A stretch of DNA of 64,000 nt. It comes from a virus (lineage: Duplodnaviria > Caudoviricetes). Shown here piece after piece: positions 31,178-40,841 of this stretch. Position 1 is the first letter of the stretch; each line of letters starts with the position of its first letter. The position numbers were made by a program, and so were the translations under genes. The notes below the pieces were generated by a model. That model searched no databases. It was given only the letters and a program-made list of their open reading frames with translations, and had not been told where the DNA came from. The DNA is taken from IMG/VR virus record IMGVR_UViG_3300031993_000008, positions 96,001-160,000 of that record. One strand, written 5' to 3'.

Positions 31178-31939
31178 TTATTGCTGAATATTTTCTTCAA
31201 GAGATTTTACTGAATTTGACATTTCCTCTTCAGTGTATTGCTCACTGGTTGATGAATATGAAATAGTTGCATTGGTATCAATGATTTTACCATCATATTC
31301 AGCACCAGATTCATATGCTGTGAGTCTATTTTCAAGTTCACCTATATATGAATTGAGTTTATCCATTTCCTCCTGGAGGGTTGTGATTTGAGATGTCAGT
31401 TCTGTATTCTGTTTGAGAAGATCAACATTAGAGTCCTGGAGTTTTTTTATCTGTTCATTCCTGTCATTGATTATACCCATCATATTTTTTACCTGGGCTG
31501 TGTAATTATCCACAGTGTTTGAAGTTTCATCCTTGAACTTACCAGTATAAAGTACCTCTTCTTCTGTTGAAGTCACCTTCTTACCTGTTGAATCCAAAAT
31601 ATCATATACCCTGGTGATATAGAATATGTCTGTATCCATAGCAAGAGCATCAATGGCATTCTTCTTTGAAATCTTAAACAAGACTTGACCATTTACCTTA
31701 TCAACATTATAATCACTGTTTACCAGGTCATATTCAGGTATTCTTATTTCATTCTTCTTTGATTTGAACACAAGATATATCTTCTGTCCATTTGAAAGGT
31801 CAATGGGTTTGCGATCATCGCTTCGCCAGTCCTCATATAATGTGAACAGTCTGAAATTGTCAAATGGATTAAGTTTGAGACATATGTCTCCCTTTCCATA
31901 TACAACACTACTTGTATTTCCTTTTACAGATATTGCCAT
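31178..31939 (-). CDS. Probable structural protein with coiled coil
   Basis: Late operon; PIDLS...GQVLFKI Ig-like N-terminus. Confidence 0.55.
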   Translation of the reverse strand: MAISVKGNTSSVVYGKGDICLKLNPFDNFRLFTLYEDWRSDDRKPIDLSNGQKIYLVFKSKKNEIRIPEYDLVNSDYNVDKVNGQVLFKISKKNAIDALAMDTDIFYITRVYDILDSTGKKVTSTEEEVLYTGKFKDETSNTVDNYTAQVKNMMGIINDRNEQIKKLQDSNVDLLKQNTELTSQITTLQEEMDKLNSYIGELENRLTAYESGAEYDGKIIDTNATISYSSTSEQYTEEEMSNSVKSLEENIQQ

Positions 31940-31945
31940 AACCTA

Positions 31946-33859
31946 TTACTTGATTAAATATATGAATGACTTTTGACCATTGATATCTTCACCTACACAT
32001 ATAACTTCAATGAGATTGTTTCCTTCAAATTCTGAACCATCTATAACCAATTGTTCTGTATTGGATGTAGGATTAATAAGTATACCTGTGTTATAAGCAA
32101 ATGTCAACATACCTAAATCACACACAAACATAATCTTCATTGACTGACCTATTTCCCACTCACAATTGTTTGTTTCTTCATCAATGTTAATAGTGAGGTT
32201 ATCACTATCACCATTTACCTTAACATTTATTACAGCAAAGTTCTCTCCTGGTTTCAAGGGGATTCTACATATTTTGTTAGATGCTGATGAGGTAATTGGG
32301 TTATCTTTAGTTATTTCATCATTTTCATCCAATCCATTATATATACTATTGATGGAATATTTCTGTTCTGAATTGATGACAACTTTATTCATACTCTTTT
32401 CAAGACCAATACCTGAACCAGCCTGAAGGACATCTGTATCAAACTGAAGTTTTATATCCTTTCCTCCACTTATAATATTATCAAGTTTTTTAGAATTCTT
32501 ATCTATTAAACCAAGTAATGTAGGAGTATCAACTTTGGAACTTTCATTACAAAGATTATTAAGTCTCTGAATCTCTTCCTTTATAAAAGAGATTGAATCA
32601 ATTCCCATTATGAGATTTTCAAGTATTTCCACCCTTTCAGACAGTTTTACAATCTGCTGTTTCTGTGTATAGAATATGTCAATGCACTTCTGAAGTTGTT
32701 CCAGAGATCTCATATACAAGGACATAGATACAATTTTTTCTACATCACTTTCATCATCAAATACATGAATATATTGAGTGGATGTATCTCCATATGTATT
32801 TACTTTCAAGTCAATCTTAAGGGCATAACTGTTTCCATTTCCATAAACAGTTTCTTTCTTCTTTGGATATCTTTGTATATATCCTTCTTCATTTTCTATT
32901 TCAACTTGGTCAAGGAACAGAATACCATAAAGGTTTGTTGCAACTCTCTTTACACCAGGTGTTTTTGTTTTCTCATATACATCATAATAAATAAGAACCG
33001 CATTGAACTCAAAGTCTTCAAGACTCTTGCTGTTCATATTGTTTATACCTTCACCGGCATCATAACTTGAATCCCTGAAATCAATTGTATGTCCAATATC
33101 ACCTATATAACAGTTTTCCCCTTCATCACTATCAACAAATGATTTTATACATAAACCTTCAGGATGTATACTTTCTGATGTACTTCCTATAATATATTCA
33201 CCATTTGTTATAGAGTATTTTTTATTGAGATAGTTCTTGTTGTCTGTCATATCACCAGTCCTGAAATAAACATTTGTGCTGGCACCTACAGTACTTGGGA
33301 TATGTATATATAGTTCTTCAAAAGCATCACCATTTATTTCAACAGTGTTCATTATATCAATATTACCAATATACTGAACAGTTCTTTCAGTAATAGATGA
33401 AACATCTTCTACTGTACCACTTTCTGTAAACTTGATTGCACCAACTTTCTGCATCCAGTTCCAGAACACCTTTTCAGAAACTGTTGTGAGAACATCAGGA
33501 TCATAATCATCATTGTCTCCTTCACCATTAAGGATTGCTGTCTCAAAGTTCATTACATAGTTCTGAAGGTTTTCAGTTATGGCATTACAGATGTCACCAG
33601 ATTCCCAATTTGATGGAACATTATCATCCATCAGAGTTTCAATATACAAACCTTTAGGTTTATCATCTGAATCTGAATCTGAATCATCATTTGAATATTT
33701 ACCCTTACATATATCAGGAATATTCAGACATGCAAAATGACTGAACTTAAATTCATAATCATTACCTACAAATGTTTTGGTGAGATCTCTACTTACAGAT
33801 GGAAATACATACAATGTTCCACCTTCTGTATTAAATTTCCTTAAATATGGTGTTATCAT
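31946..33859 (-). CDS. Probable virion structural protein
   Basis: 637 aa acidic protein, late promoter at 33884. Confidence 0.6.
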   Translation of the reverse strand: MITPYLRKFNTEGGTLYVFPSVSRDLTKTFVGNDYEFKFSHFACLNIPDICKGKYSNDDSDSDSDDKPKGLYIETLMDDNVPSNWESGDICNAITENLQNYVMNFETAILNGEGDNDDYDPDVLTTVSEKVFWNWMQKVGAIKFTESGTVEDVSSITERTVQYIGNIDIMNTVEINGDAFEELYIHIPSTVGASTNVYFRTGDMTDNKNYLNKKYSITNGEYIIGSTSESIHPEGLCIKSFVDSDEGENCYIGDIGHTIDFRDSSYDAGEGINNMNSKSLEDFEFNAVLIYYDVYEKTKTPGVKRVATNLYGILFLDQVEIENEEGYIQRYPKKKETVYGNGNSYALKIDLKVNTYGDTSTQYIHVFDDESDVEKIVSMSLYMRSLEQLQKCIDIFYTQKQQIVKLSERVEILENLIMGIDSISFIKEEIQRLNNLCNESSKVDTPTLLGLIDKNSKKLDNIISGGKDIKLQFDTDVLQAGSGIGLEKSMNKVVINSEQKYSINSIYNGLDENDEITKDNPITSSASNKICRIPLKPGENFAVINVKVNGDSDNLTINIDEETNNCEWEIGQSMKIMFVCDLGMLTFAYNTGILINPTSNTEQLVIDGSEFEGNNLIEVICVGEDINGQKSFIYLIK

Positions 33860-33895
33860 ATTTGCTTTTATCTATATATAAGGTATTTATGGAAA

Positions 33896-33930
33896 AAAGA
33901 AAGGAGAGTGTCACTCACTCTCCTTTTTCT
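33896..33930 (-). terminator. Intrinsic terminator after dnaK
   Basis: aaaggagagtg...cactctccttt hairpin with A tract. Confidence 0.75.
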
Positions 33931-35795
33931 TACTGGGGATTACCCATATTATTTATTATGTCATCCATTGGATTTCCATCTCCTCCCTGGGTTTCACCAC
34001 CGGAGTTTTTGTACACCTCATCTGAGATCTTATACCAGGACTGTGAAAGGATTTCCATACAAGACTTACATGCATCAACATCCTTCTGTTCAAATGCATC
34101 CTTCAATGCCTTCAGACCATTCTCAAGTTCAGATTTCTGTTCATCAGTAATCTTGTCACCAAATTCCTCAATCTGTTTCTCTGTCTTGAATATGGTTGCC
34201 TCTGCTGTGTTGAGAGTCTGAACCTTTTCAAATTCCTTCTTGTCTGCCTCTGCATTTTCCTCTGCCTCTCTCTTCATCCTCTCAATCTCCTCACTACTCA
34301 AACCAGAACTACCCTCAATCCTGATAGACTGTTTCTTGTCTGTACCCTTATCCTTTGCAGATACAGAAAGGATACCGTTTGCATCAATGTCAAATGTAAC
34401 CTCAATCTGAGGAACACCCTTCTTGGCAGGAAGAATACCGTCAAGGTGGAAGATACCAAGCTGCTTGTTATCCTTTGCCATTGGTCTCTCACCCTGGAGG
34501 ACTTTAATCTCAACAGTTGGTTGATTGTCTTCAGCAGTAGTGAACACCTGTGTCTTGGTGATAGGAATTGTTGTATTTGAATCAACAAGTTTTGTGAATA
34601 CACCACCAAGAGTCTCAATACCAAGAGAAAGAGGAGTTACATCCAACAAAAGGAGATCTGAATTCTCACCACCAAGGATAGAACCCTGAACCGCTGCACC
34701 AAGAGCAACAACCTCATCAGCATTTACATTCTTGATAAGAGGTCTGTCAAATGCCTTTGTCAATTCATCCTGGACCTTAGGAATACGGGTTGAACCACCA
34801 ACAAGGAGGATACCATCCAGGTCTGGTGCATTGATACCGGACTTCTTTATTGCTTCCTTACCAAGATTGATAATCTTCTTGACCTCACCATCTATGATCT
34901 GCTCAAACTTTGCCTTTGACAACTGGATGTTCAGGTGCTTAGGACCGGAACTATCAGCAGTAATATAAGGAAGATTGATGTCTGTTGATGAAACATTTGA
35001 GAGATCCTTCTTTGCCTTTTCAGCCTCTTCAAGGATTCTGCTCATTGCCATTGCATCCTTTGACAAATCAATACCATCTGTTTTCTTGAACTCATTTACA
35101 ATATAGTCTGCAACAAGTTTGTCAAGGTCACTACCACCGCAATAGACATCACCATTTGATGCAAGTATCTCAACAACATTGTCAGAGATGTCTGCAATTG
35201 AGAAATCAAGAGTAGAACCACCATAGTCAACAACCATATACTTACCACCCTTACTCATATCAATGTTGGATGCCAGGATTGCTGCTGTAGGTTCTGCAAC
35301 AATTCTCTTTACATTGAGACCTGCGATTTCACCCGCAGTCTTTGTTGCACTTCTCTGACTGTCATTGAACCAGGCAGGTACAGTGATGACTGCATCTGTT
35401 ACAGTCTCTCCAAGATAATCCTCTGCACATTTCTTCAGTTTTGAGAGAATCATTGCTGACAGTTCCTCAGGTTTGTACTCCTTTCCAAGAATAGAAACAA
35501 CAGGATAACCGTTCTTATTCTTGACGTCATACTGGATATGAGAGATGTTATCCTTCACCTCATCATATGTACCACCCATAAACCTCTTGATGAGTACAAC
35601 AGTGTCTTTCGGATTGGTTACCTGCTGACGCTTTGCTGCATCACCAACCTTTCTCTCACCTTCTTTTGTGAATGATATGACAGAAGGTGTTGTTCTCTTA
35701 CCTTCCTCATTGACAATAATGGTAGGTTTACCACCTTCCATTACAGCAACTTCACTTAAAGTTGATCCTAAATCAATACCAATAATTTTACTCAT
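33930..35795 (-). CDS. dnaK: Hsp70 chaperone DnaK
   Basis: IIGIDLGST, AVITVPAWF, LVGGSTRIP, LLLDVTPLSLGIET, PQIEVTFDIDANG. Confidence 0.97.
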   Translation of the reverse strand: MSKIIGIDLGSTLSEVAVMEGGKPTIIVNEEGKRTTPSVISFTKEGERKVGDAAKRQQVTNPKDTVVLIKRFMGGTYDEVKDNISHIQYDVKNKNGYPVVSILGKEYKPEELSAMILSKLKKCAEDYLGETVTDAVITVPAWFNDSQRSATKTAGEIAGLNVKRIVAEPTAAILASNIDMSKGGKYMVVDYGGSTLDFSIADISDNVVEILASNGDVYCGGSDLDKLVADYIVNEFKKTDGIDLSKDAMAMSRILEEAEKAKKDLSNVSSTDINLPYITADSSGPKHLNIQLSKAKFEQIIDGEVKKIINLGKEAIKKSGINAPDLDGILLVGGSTRIPKVQDELTKAFDRPLIKNVNADEVVALGAAVQGSILGGENSDLLLLDVTPLSLGIETLGGVFTKLVDSNTTIPITKTQVFTTAEDNQPTVEIKVLQGERPMAKDNKQLGIFHLDGILPAKKGVPQIEVTFDIDANGILSVSAKDKGTDKKQSIRIEGSSGLSSEEIERMKREAEENAEADKKEFEKVQTLNTAEATIFKTEKQIEEFGDKITDEQKSELENGLKALKDAFEQKDVDACKSCMEILSQSWYKISDEVYKNSGGETQGGDGNPMDDIINNMGNPQ

Positions 35796-35865
35796 AATAT
35801 ATTTTATTGTTTAACTTTATGTTTCGATTTGTTCAACCTTAAATATAACAAAAAAAGAGTGAAAA

Positions 35866-36525
35866 TTATTCATCTTCACTCTTTTCTTCTTTATCTTTCT
35901 TGTCTTCTTTTTCTATATCTTTCTCATCCTCATCCTCCGGTTCCTCTTTATCCTTGTGTTTTATTTTTTCTATTTTCTCATCATCCTCTTTCCTTTCCTT
36001 CTTCTCCTCTTCAGATTCATCATAGATAGGACTCTTGTATGCATGTTCCTCCTCTTCATCCTCATCTTTCTTTTTGGTAACTGGTTTCTTGACTTCCTTC
36101 TCAACCTTTTCCTCTTCCTTTTCAATTGGTTTGGTCTTCTTTACATCTTCTTCCTCCTCTTCCTTTTCAATTGGTTTGGTATGAGGTTTGACAGAAGATG
36201 AATCAACAGGTTCAAGGTTGACAATCTTTATGAAAGAGTATGACCTGAAACTTCTCCATCCTTCCTTATCCAAATCATAATAGACCATCTGTCTTTCCGG
36301 TCTGGGTGCTCCACCTTTCAACTTGGGAAGATAATCCGGATGTAATGTTCCATGTGCAGTCCTTATGTCTCCATTCCTTTTCTTGAACTTGAATGTAATG
36401 ATGTTGTTACGGAGTTCCTTTCTCATCCTTTTCCTGGCTGACATATTGAGAACACCATGTACATCCTTCTTGAGGTCTTTCAGACTACTCTCATTTATTA
36501 TGAAACTACCAAAGTCAAGTATCAT
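35866..36525 (-). CDS. SH3-barrel (WYL-like/DUF2693-like) protein with long Glu/Lys/Asp-rich tail
   Basis: FKFKKRNGDIRTAHGTL...YYDLDKEGWRSF; N-terminal CTS-like motif. Confidence 0.7.
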   Translation of the reverse strand: MILDFGSFIINESSLKDLKKDVHGVLNMSARKRMRKELRNNIITFKFKKRNGDIRTAHGTLHPDYLPKLKGGAPRPERQMVYYDLDKEGWRSFRSYSFIKIVNLEPVDSSSVKPHTKPIEKEEEEEDVKKTKPIEKEEEKVEKEVKKPVTKKKDEDEEEEHAYKSPIYDESEEEKKERKEDDEKIEKIKHKDKEEPEDEDEKDIEKEDKKDKEEKSEDE

Positions 36526-36529
36526 CTAA

Positions 36530-37831
36530 TTAATTCCTTCTGTATATATAATATGTTTCACCATCAACATCTTCTGTCCTTTCCTCACTATCATAACCTG
36601 AAAGTGATCTTCCTGGACCATCCAATTCAACAATCCTTTCTGCAAGTTTATGTGTATTGATATAACTCTCTATATTATCATATCCATAGGTGGTAAGATA
36701 ATCATCAATGACATCACCTATATCCTCAAGACGTTTTTTTGAATATTCATCAGTATAGTCGGTATAGTCAAACTTCGGTTGGGTATGGTCTGTTTCACCA
36801 TCCTCATCAAGTTCAAAATAATCCTCTGAATCTTCAATGACTTTCCAGTTCAGTAATTCTTCAATTGCTTCCTCTTCAGACATATCATCATAATAACTCT
36901 CCCAACTTTCCTTGAGGTCATCTTCCATACTGCTTTCATCTATGAAATCATCACCGATGTTATTTCTGAATCTGTCAAAAGTTTCTTTTGTCCATCTTGT
37001 TTCATCAAGAACTTCTTCTTCAAATTCAACAGCATCTTCTATTGCATAAGCCCTGTCAGTATAGATTGAAAAATCATAACTTGTTGAATAACTGAAATTG
37101 ATGTGGTGGTCATGTGTGGTTACATTAAGGTCTTCAAGATCAGTGTTGTCCCATTCACCCTGTCTCATCAGTGCTTTCAGAATAGCAAAATCATTATGTT
37201 CCCTTATTTCACTGGTTATTGTGATACACTTTATCATATTCACGGTATCTTCTGAATCCTCATCATATCTCCAATATGTATCTGTATCACCATCATTTAT
37301 AACAGCAACATAAAGATCTTCACCACTTTCATCAAATGTATAGAAATTGACATCATCAAAATCAACAATGTCACCGTCAGCAAATGCCTCATTGGGAAGT
37401 ATGAGCCTGGTACCATCTTCAAGTTTTCCTATAATCCTACCTTCCTCTTTTCTGATTTCACCTGTACCCTGGTCAAGCATCTTACCCCAGGTTGATTCTT
37501 CAATGAAATCAGTATAACTCTTGATGACACTTTCCTTCATCACATAACCTTTGAGGAAATAATGATAATCACAATACTTGTGTTTACTTCCAAATAACCT
37601 GGTAACCCTATCAGCAATCATTCTGGCATCCCTCATATCATAAAGGTTGAGTTTGTCCTTGTCAAAACTACCAAAGAGTTTGGTTATCCTTTCATCCCTT
37701 TCAATGATAAACTTGATATTGTGTTTCTTGTCATCAACAATCAGTCCACCACCCTGGGATTTTGCAAAGTAAATCTCCTCATCCTTTTTGGGTTGCATTG
37801 TACCTGTCTTATGATCAAATTCAAATTTCAT
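36530..37831 (-). CDS. Highly acidic hypothetical protein
   Basis: 433 aa; internal IKSYTDFIEES; late promoter at 37854. Confidence 0.7.
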   Translation of the reverse strand: MKFEFDHKTGTMQPKKDEEIYFAKSQGGGLIVDDKKHNIKFIIERDERITKLFGSFDKDKLNLYDMRDARMIADRVTRLFGSKHKYCDYHYFLKGYVMKESVIKSYTDFIEESTWGKMLDQGTGEIRKEEGRIIGKLEDGTRLILPNEAFADGDIVDFDDVNFYTFDESGEDLYVAVINDGDTDTYWRYDEDSEDTVNMIKCITITSEIREHNDFAILKALMRQGEWDNTDLEDLNVTTHDHHINFSYSTSYDFSIYTDRAYAIEDAVEFEEEVLDETRWTKETFDRFRNNIGDDFIDESSMEDDLKESWESYYDDMSEEEAIEELLNWKVIEDSEDYFELDEDGETDHTQPKFDYTDYTDEYSKKRLEDIGDVIDDYLTTYGYDNIESYINTHKLAERIVELDGPGRSLSGYDSEERTEDVDGETYYIYRRN

Positions 37832-37853
37832 AATGAATACACATATTATAAAT

Positions 37854-37875
37854 TATTTATGAGTGTCCATAAATA
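37854..37875. promoter_or_regulatory. Back-to-back divergent late promoters (CATAAATA on each strand)
   Basis: tatttatg-agtgtc-cataaata. Confidence 0.7.
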
Positions 37876-37880
37876 ATAGT

Positions 37881-39056
37881 ATGGAAAATATACTTAATTT
37901 TGACGATTATATTTCTGAATCCAACAGTGTATTTCTGATGGATCCAGAAACCAAATCCAAACTTCTTATATTGGATGAGAAGTATCATAAACTCATTGAG
38001 AAGTTCAGGACCAAATATGTGGCACAAACTGTCAGTAATATTAAGGAAGAGTTTGACAAGTTTATGAATGCCAGGAATCTTGGTCAGAAATACTATCCGC
38101 AACTTGAAATAAAGAATTCTGATGTGGATATGAAGATCTATGACGATATGGGTAAACTCATTAATGAGTTTGAAAAGATAAAGGACAAATGTTATGTTGC
38201 CAAGTTCTATCTTGAAAAACTCCATTCAATGAGACTGAGTCTTGAACAAAGAAAAAAACTTGAGGATGGTGAATATGAACCGGGTGAAAATCCTGTTGAT
38301 AAAGATCTCTACAAGGAAGCACTCCAGGTAATAAAGGATAATCCTTATAAGAAACCAGATTTTAAGGAAGACAGAACCAATGACAGTGATGATGTCCTTG
38401 AAGCAATTGAGGATGCACTTGATGAACTTGGATATGACTTTGATGTACAGATTGATACAGGTATGCTCCCAAGAATGAATGTCAAGATGGGAAGAGTCAA
38501 CATCAACAAGACTTCAAAGTTCTCTGATGAAGATATTGATGGACTGATTGCCCATGAAATAAAGGGTCACTGCTCTAGAAGACATTATGGTATGAAAACA
38601 GGTCTTTGGTTATTTGCTTATGGAACACAGTCTAGTTCAACTTTTGATGAGGGTTTGGCAGTTTGGAATAGTTTAAACTTGGTAAAACATAAGAAAGATA
38701 ATGTGATGTTTAATATTGCAATGAAGACCTGTGTTTCCTATCTTATGTTTGAAATGGACTTTTGTGATTTGTTTGATTGGATAAAAAAGAAGGCACCAGG
38801 AATGACAGATTATACTGCATTCAAGACTGTTATGAGACCAAGAAGAAGGAATAAAGATTGTTCAATCAAATCTGGTGAAATAATGATTAGCTACTTTAAG
38901 GGGTGGAAAATGGTTAATAATATGGATGAAAAAACAAGAGATGATATTATACACTATAATATTGGTCCGGACCAATTATTTGAATTGGAAAATATTAAAG
39001 AATTCTTAAAAGTAAATCATTTCAAACCTGTAAATATAAAAAGAGATGTCAACTAA
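37881..39056 (+). CDS. DUF1704/QEGLA-family (MATCAP-like) zinc metallopeptidase
   Basis: LIAHEIKGH (HExxxH), FDEGLA, YFKGW; ATG 37881. Confidence 0.75.
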   Translation: MENILNFDDYISESNSVFLMDPETKSKLLILDEKYHKLIEKFRTKYVAQTVSNIKEEFDKFMNARNLGQKYYPQLEIKNSDVDMKIYDDMGKLINEFEKIKDKCYVAKFYLEKLHSMRLSLEQRKKLEDGEYEPGENPVDKDLYKEALQVIKDNPYKKPDFKEDRTNDSDDVLEAIEDALDELGYDFDVQIDTGMLPRMNVKMGRVNINKTSKFSDEDIDGLIAHEIKGHCSRRHYGMKTGLWLFAYGTQSSSTFDEGLAVWNSLNLVKHKKDNVMFNIAMKTCVSYLMFEMDFCDLFDWIKKKAPGMTDYTAFKTVMRPRRRNKDCSIKSGEIMISYFKGWKMVNNMDEKTRDDIIHYNIGPDQLFELENIKEFLKVNHFKPVNIKRDVN

Positions 39057-39906
39057 GACATCTCTTTTTTATATTTTTTATATCTTCTTCTTTTAATATT
39101 ATTACACCATTTTTCAACATACATTGATGTTTTGATTCTGCAATACCATCATTATAATCATTTCTATTATATGGACATATCATTTTATCTCCATCAAAGA
39201 ATTGACTACCTTTTACCTCATATAGTTTTCCATCTATTAAAAAATCTGGTTGATATATGTGTTTCTTTCCATCATATTCATATTCAAATTGTATATTTGG
39301 TTGATATTCACAAGGAATATTATTTTCTTTACAATATTGATAAATAACTACTTCCCAAGAAGAATCAAAAGTAAAGTTATCATATTTAATTCTTTTTCTT
39401 CTTTTACTTGACCATTCATATGTTTTAGAATAACACATTTCACCATATCTATCTAAACAAGTTCTTCTTGCCTTTTCTTTTGATTCTTCTGTTTTTGCAT
39501 AACATTCAACACCATATCTTTCAAGTGTTGTTTTCTTTATTCTTTCCTTTGATTCATCAGTTTGGGCATAAGAAACTTTTCCATATAATTTTAAACAAGT
39601 TTTCTTTGTTTTATTTTGAACATCTGGATTTATACTCTTACATTTCTGTGAACAGTGTTTTTTATATCCCTTTCCAAATCTATGAAATGCACATCTATTT
39701 CCACACATAGGACATTTACCCAAATTCAATTCTTTGTCATTGTGTAAATAGTGATAAAGTTTTTGTATCCATTTAAAATCATATGGAAATTCCCACTTTA
39801 TTATTTCAGAATAGTGTTCTGGAAACTTTTTCTTGAAATTGGATTCTTCAATATTTCCATTGGGGTGTGTCTTGAGAATAGACAACACTTCTTCTTTTGT
39901 TTTCAT
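39049..39906 (-). CDS. Free-standing homing endonuclease-like protein (Zn finger, KYG repeats, TnsA-like PD-(D/E)XK nuclease)
   Basis: CPMCG...HCSQKC; KLYG/ERYG/DRYG; FDSSWE...YQPDF...EVKG; N-terminus paralogous to 25045-26040. Confidence 0.75.
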   Translation of the reverse strand: MKTKEEVLSILKTHPNGNIEESNFKKKFPEHYSEIIKWEFPYDFKWIQKLYHYLHNDKELNLGKCPMCGNRCAFHRFGKGYKKHCSQKCKSINPDVQNKTKKTCLKLYGKVSYAQTDESKERIKKTTLERYGVECYAKTEESKEKARRTCLDRYGEMCYSKTYEWSSKRRKRIKYDNFTFDSSWEVVIYQYCKENNIPCEYQPNIQFEYEYDGKKHIYQPDFLIDGKLYEVKGSQFFDGDKMICPYNRNDYNDGIAESKHQCMLKNGVIILKEEDIKNIKKRCLS

Positions 39907-39932
39907 AAATATTATGTGATTTTATTATATTT

Positions 39933-39984
39933 GAGCAGGTGGAAAGATTTGGCGATTAATCCATCTGCTCTTACTATATTTATG
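39933..39984 (-). promoter_or_regulatory. Late promoter plus conserved hairpin upstream of endonuclease 2
   Basis: gagcaggtgga/tccatctgctc stem, ttggcg loop. Confidence 0.7.
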
Positions 39985-40047
39985 GAAATATTAAAATAAA
40001 AATCAATTAGTTACATAAATATTATAAATTTAAACCACTTAACTAAT

Positions 40048-40458
40048 ATGAATACATTATTGGAATTTAAGGATTATATAAACTTCAAAAGTTATATAAA
40101 GGAATCATTGGATGACCATATGTTTGATGATGACCCAGGTGTTGATTTTGATGAACATTGGGAAAAGGTCGGCAATGAAGATGAAGGATACATATATATC
40201 CAGGATAGGTTACCTGAATACAGAGGTGACAGGAAACCAGGTATTATGGATGTGTTCAAGGCAGAAGGAGGATATTATATCACATATATACATGGTGGTG
40301 ACAATGGTCCTGGTTCTTGGGTTGATTACACAGAATACCTGAATCAATTGATGTCAAGTGTTCCTGGATCCTGGATCATAGATTTGTTCAATGATTGTGC
40401 TGATGATGTATGGACATTGAGAATGGGATATGAAATAAAAGAAAAAGGAGACAATTAA
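40048..40458 (+). CDS. Hypothetical late protein with CTS-like N-terminus
   Basis: LLEFKDYINFKSYIKES; late promoter at 40014. Confidence 0.65.
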   Translation: MNTLLEFKDYINFKSYIKESLDDHMFDDDPGVDFDEHWEKVGNEDEGYIYIQDRLPEYRGDRKPGIMDVFKAEGGYYITYIHGGDNGPGSWVDYTEYLNQLMSSVPGSWIIDLFNDCADDVWTLRMGYEIKEKGDN

Positions 40459-40841
40459 ATGCCTCCTTTTTTCTTTTGTGGTTTACACAGATATATATCC
40501 AAACTATAAACAGTAGCGTCAAATTCCGGTTTATATTCCATCTTTATCTGGTCACCATACTTTTTCATTATCTCTTCTGTAATACCCTGGGAAATTCTAT
40601 AATGAATTTCCTTTTCAAAATCAAGATTCACAATTCTCTTCAGTGCCTCTATCTCCATACTGGATAGACTATATACACCTCTTATCTTATCAACATTGTT
40701 CTTATCATAACTTGTCATATTGATTCCCGTATCAACTGAGGGAATATGAACAAAGGTCATCTCATCTGAAAATGTCTTCTCATCAATTTTCTTTGCGGTT
40801 TTCAGAAACCACCTTGAAACTCTTTCTCTTAACTTACTCAT
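40455..40841 (-). CDS. Hypothetical protein
   Basis: 128 aa, coupled to the phosphoesterase gene. Confidence 0.6.
   Translation of the reverse strand: MSKLRERVSRWFLKTAKKIDEKTFSDEMTFVHIPSVDTGINMTSYDKNNVDKIRGVYSLSSMEIEALKRIVNLDFEKEIHYRISQGITEEIMKKYGDQIKMEYKPEFDATVYSLDIYLCKPQKKKGGI

Noticed and set aside
33930-35795. Bacterial chromosome origin suggested by dnaK, groES, rpsA, nrdDG and gmk
   Set aside because: These are interspersed with T4-like virion and replication genes and share phage promoter motifs.
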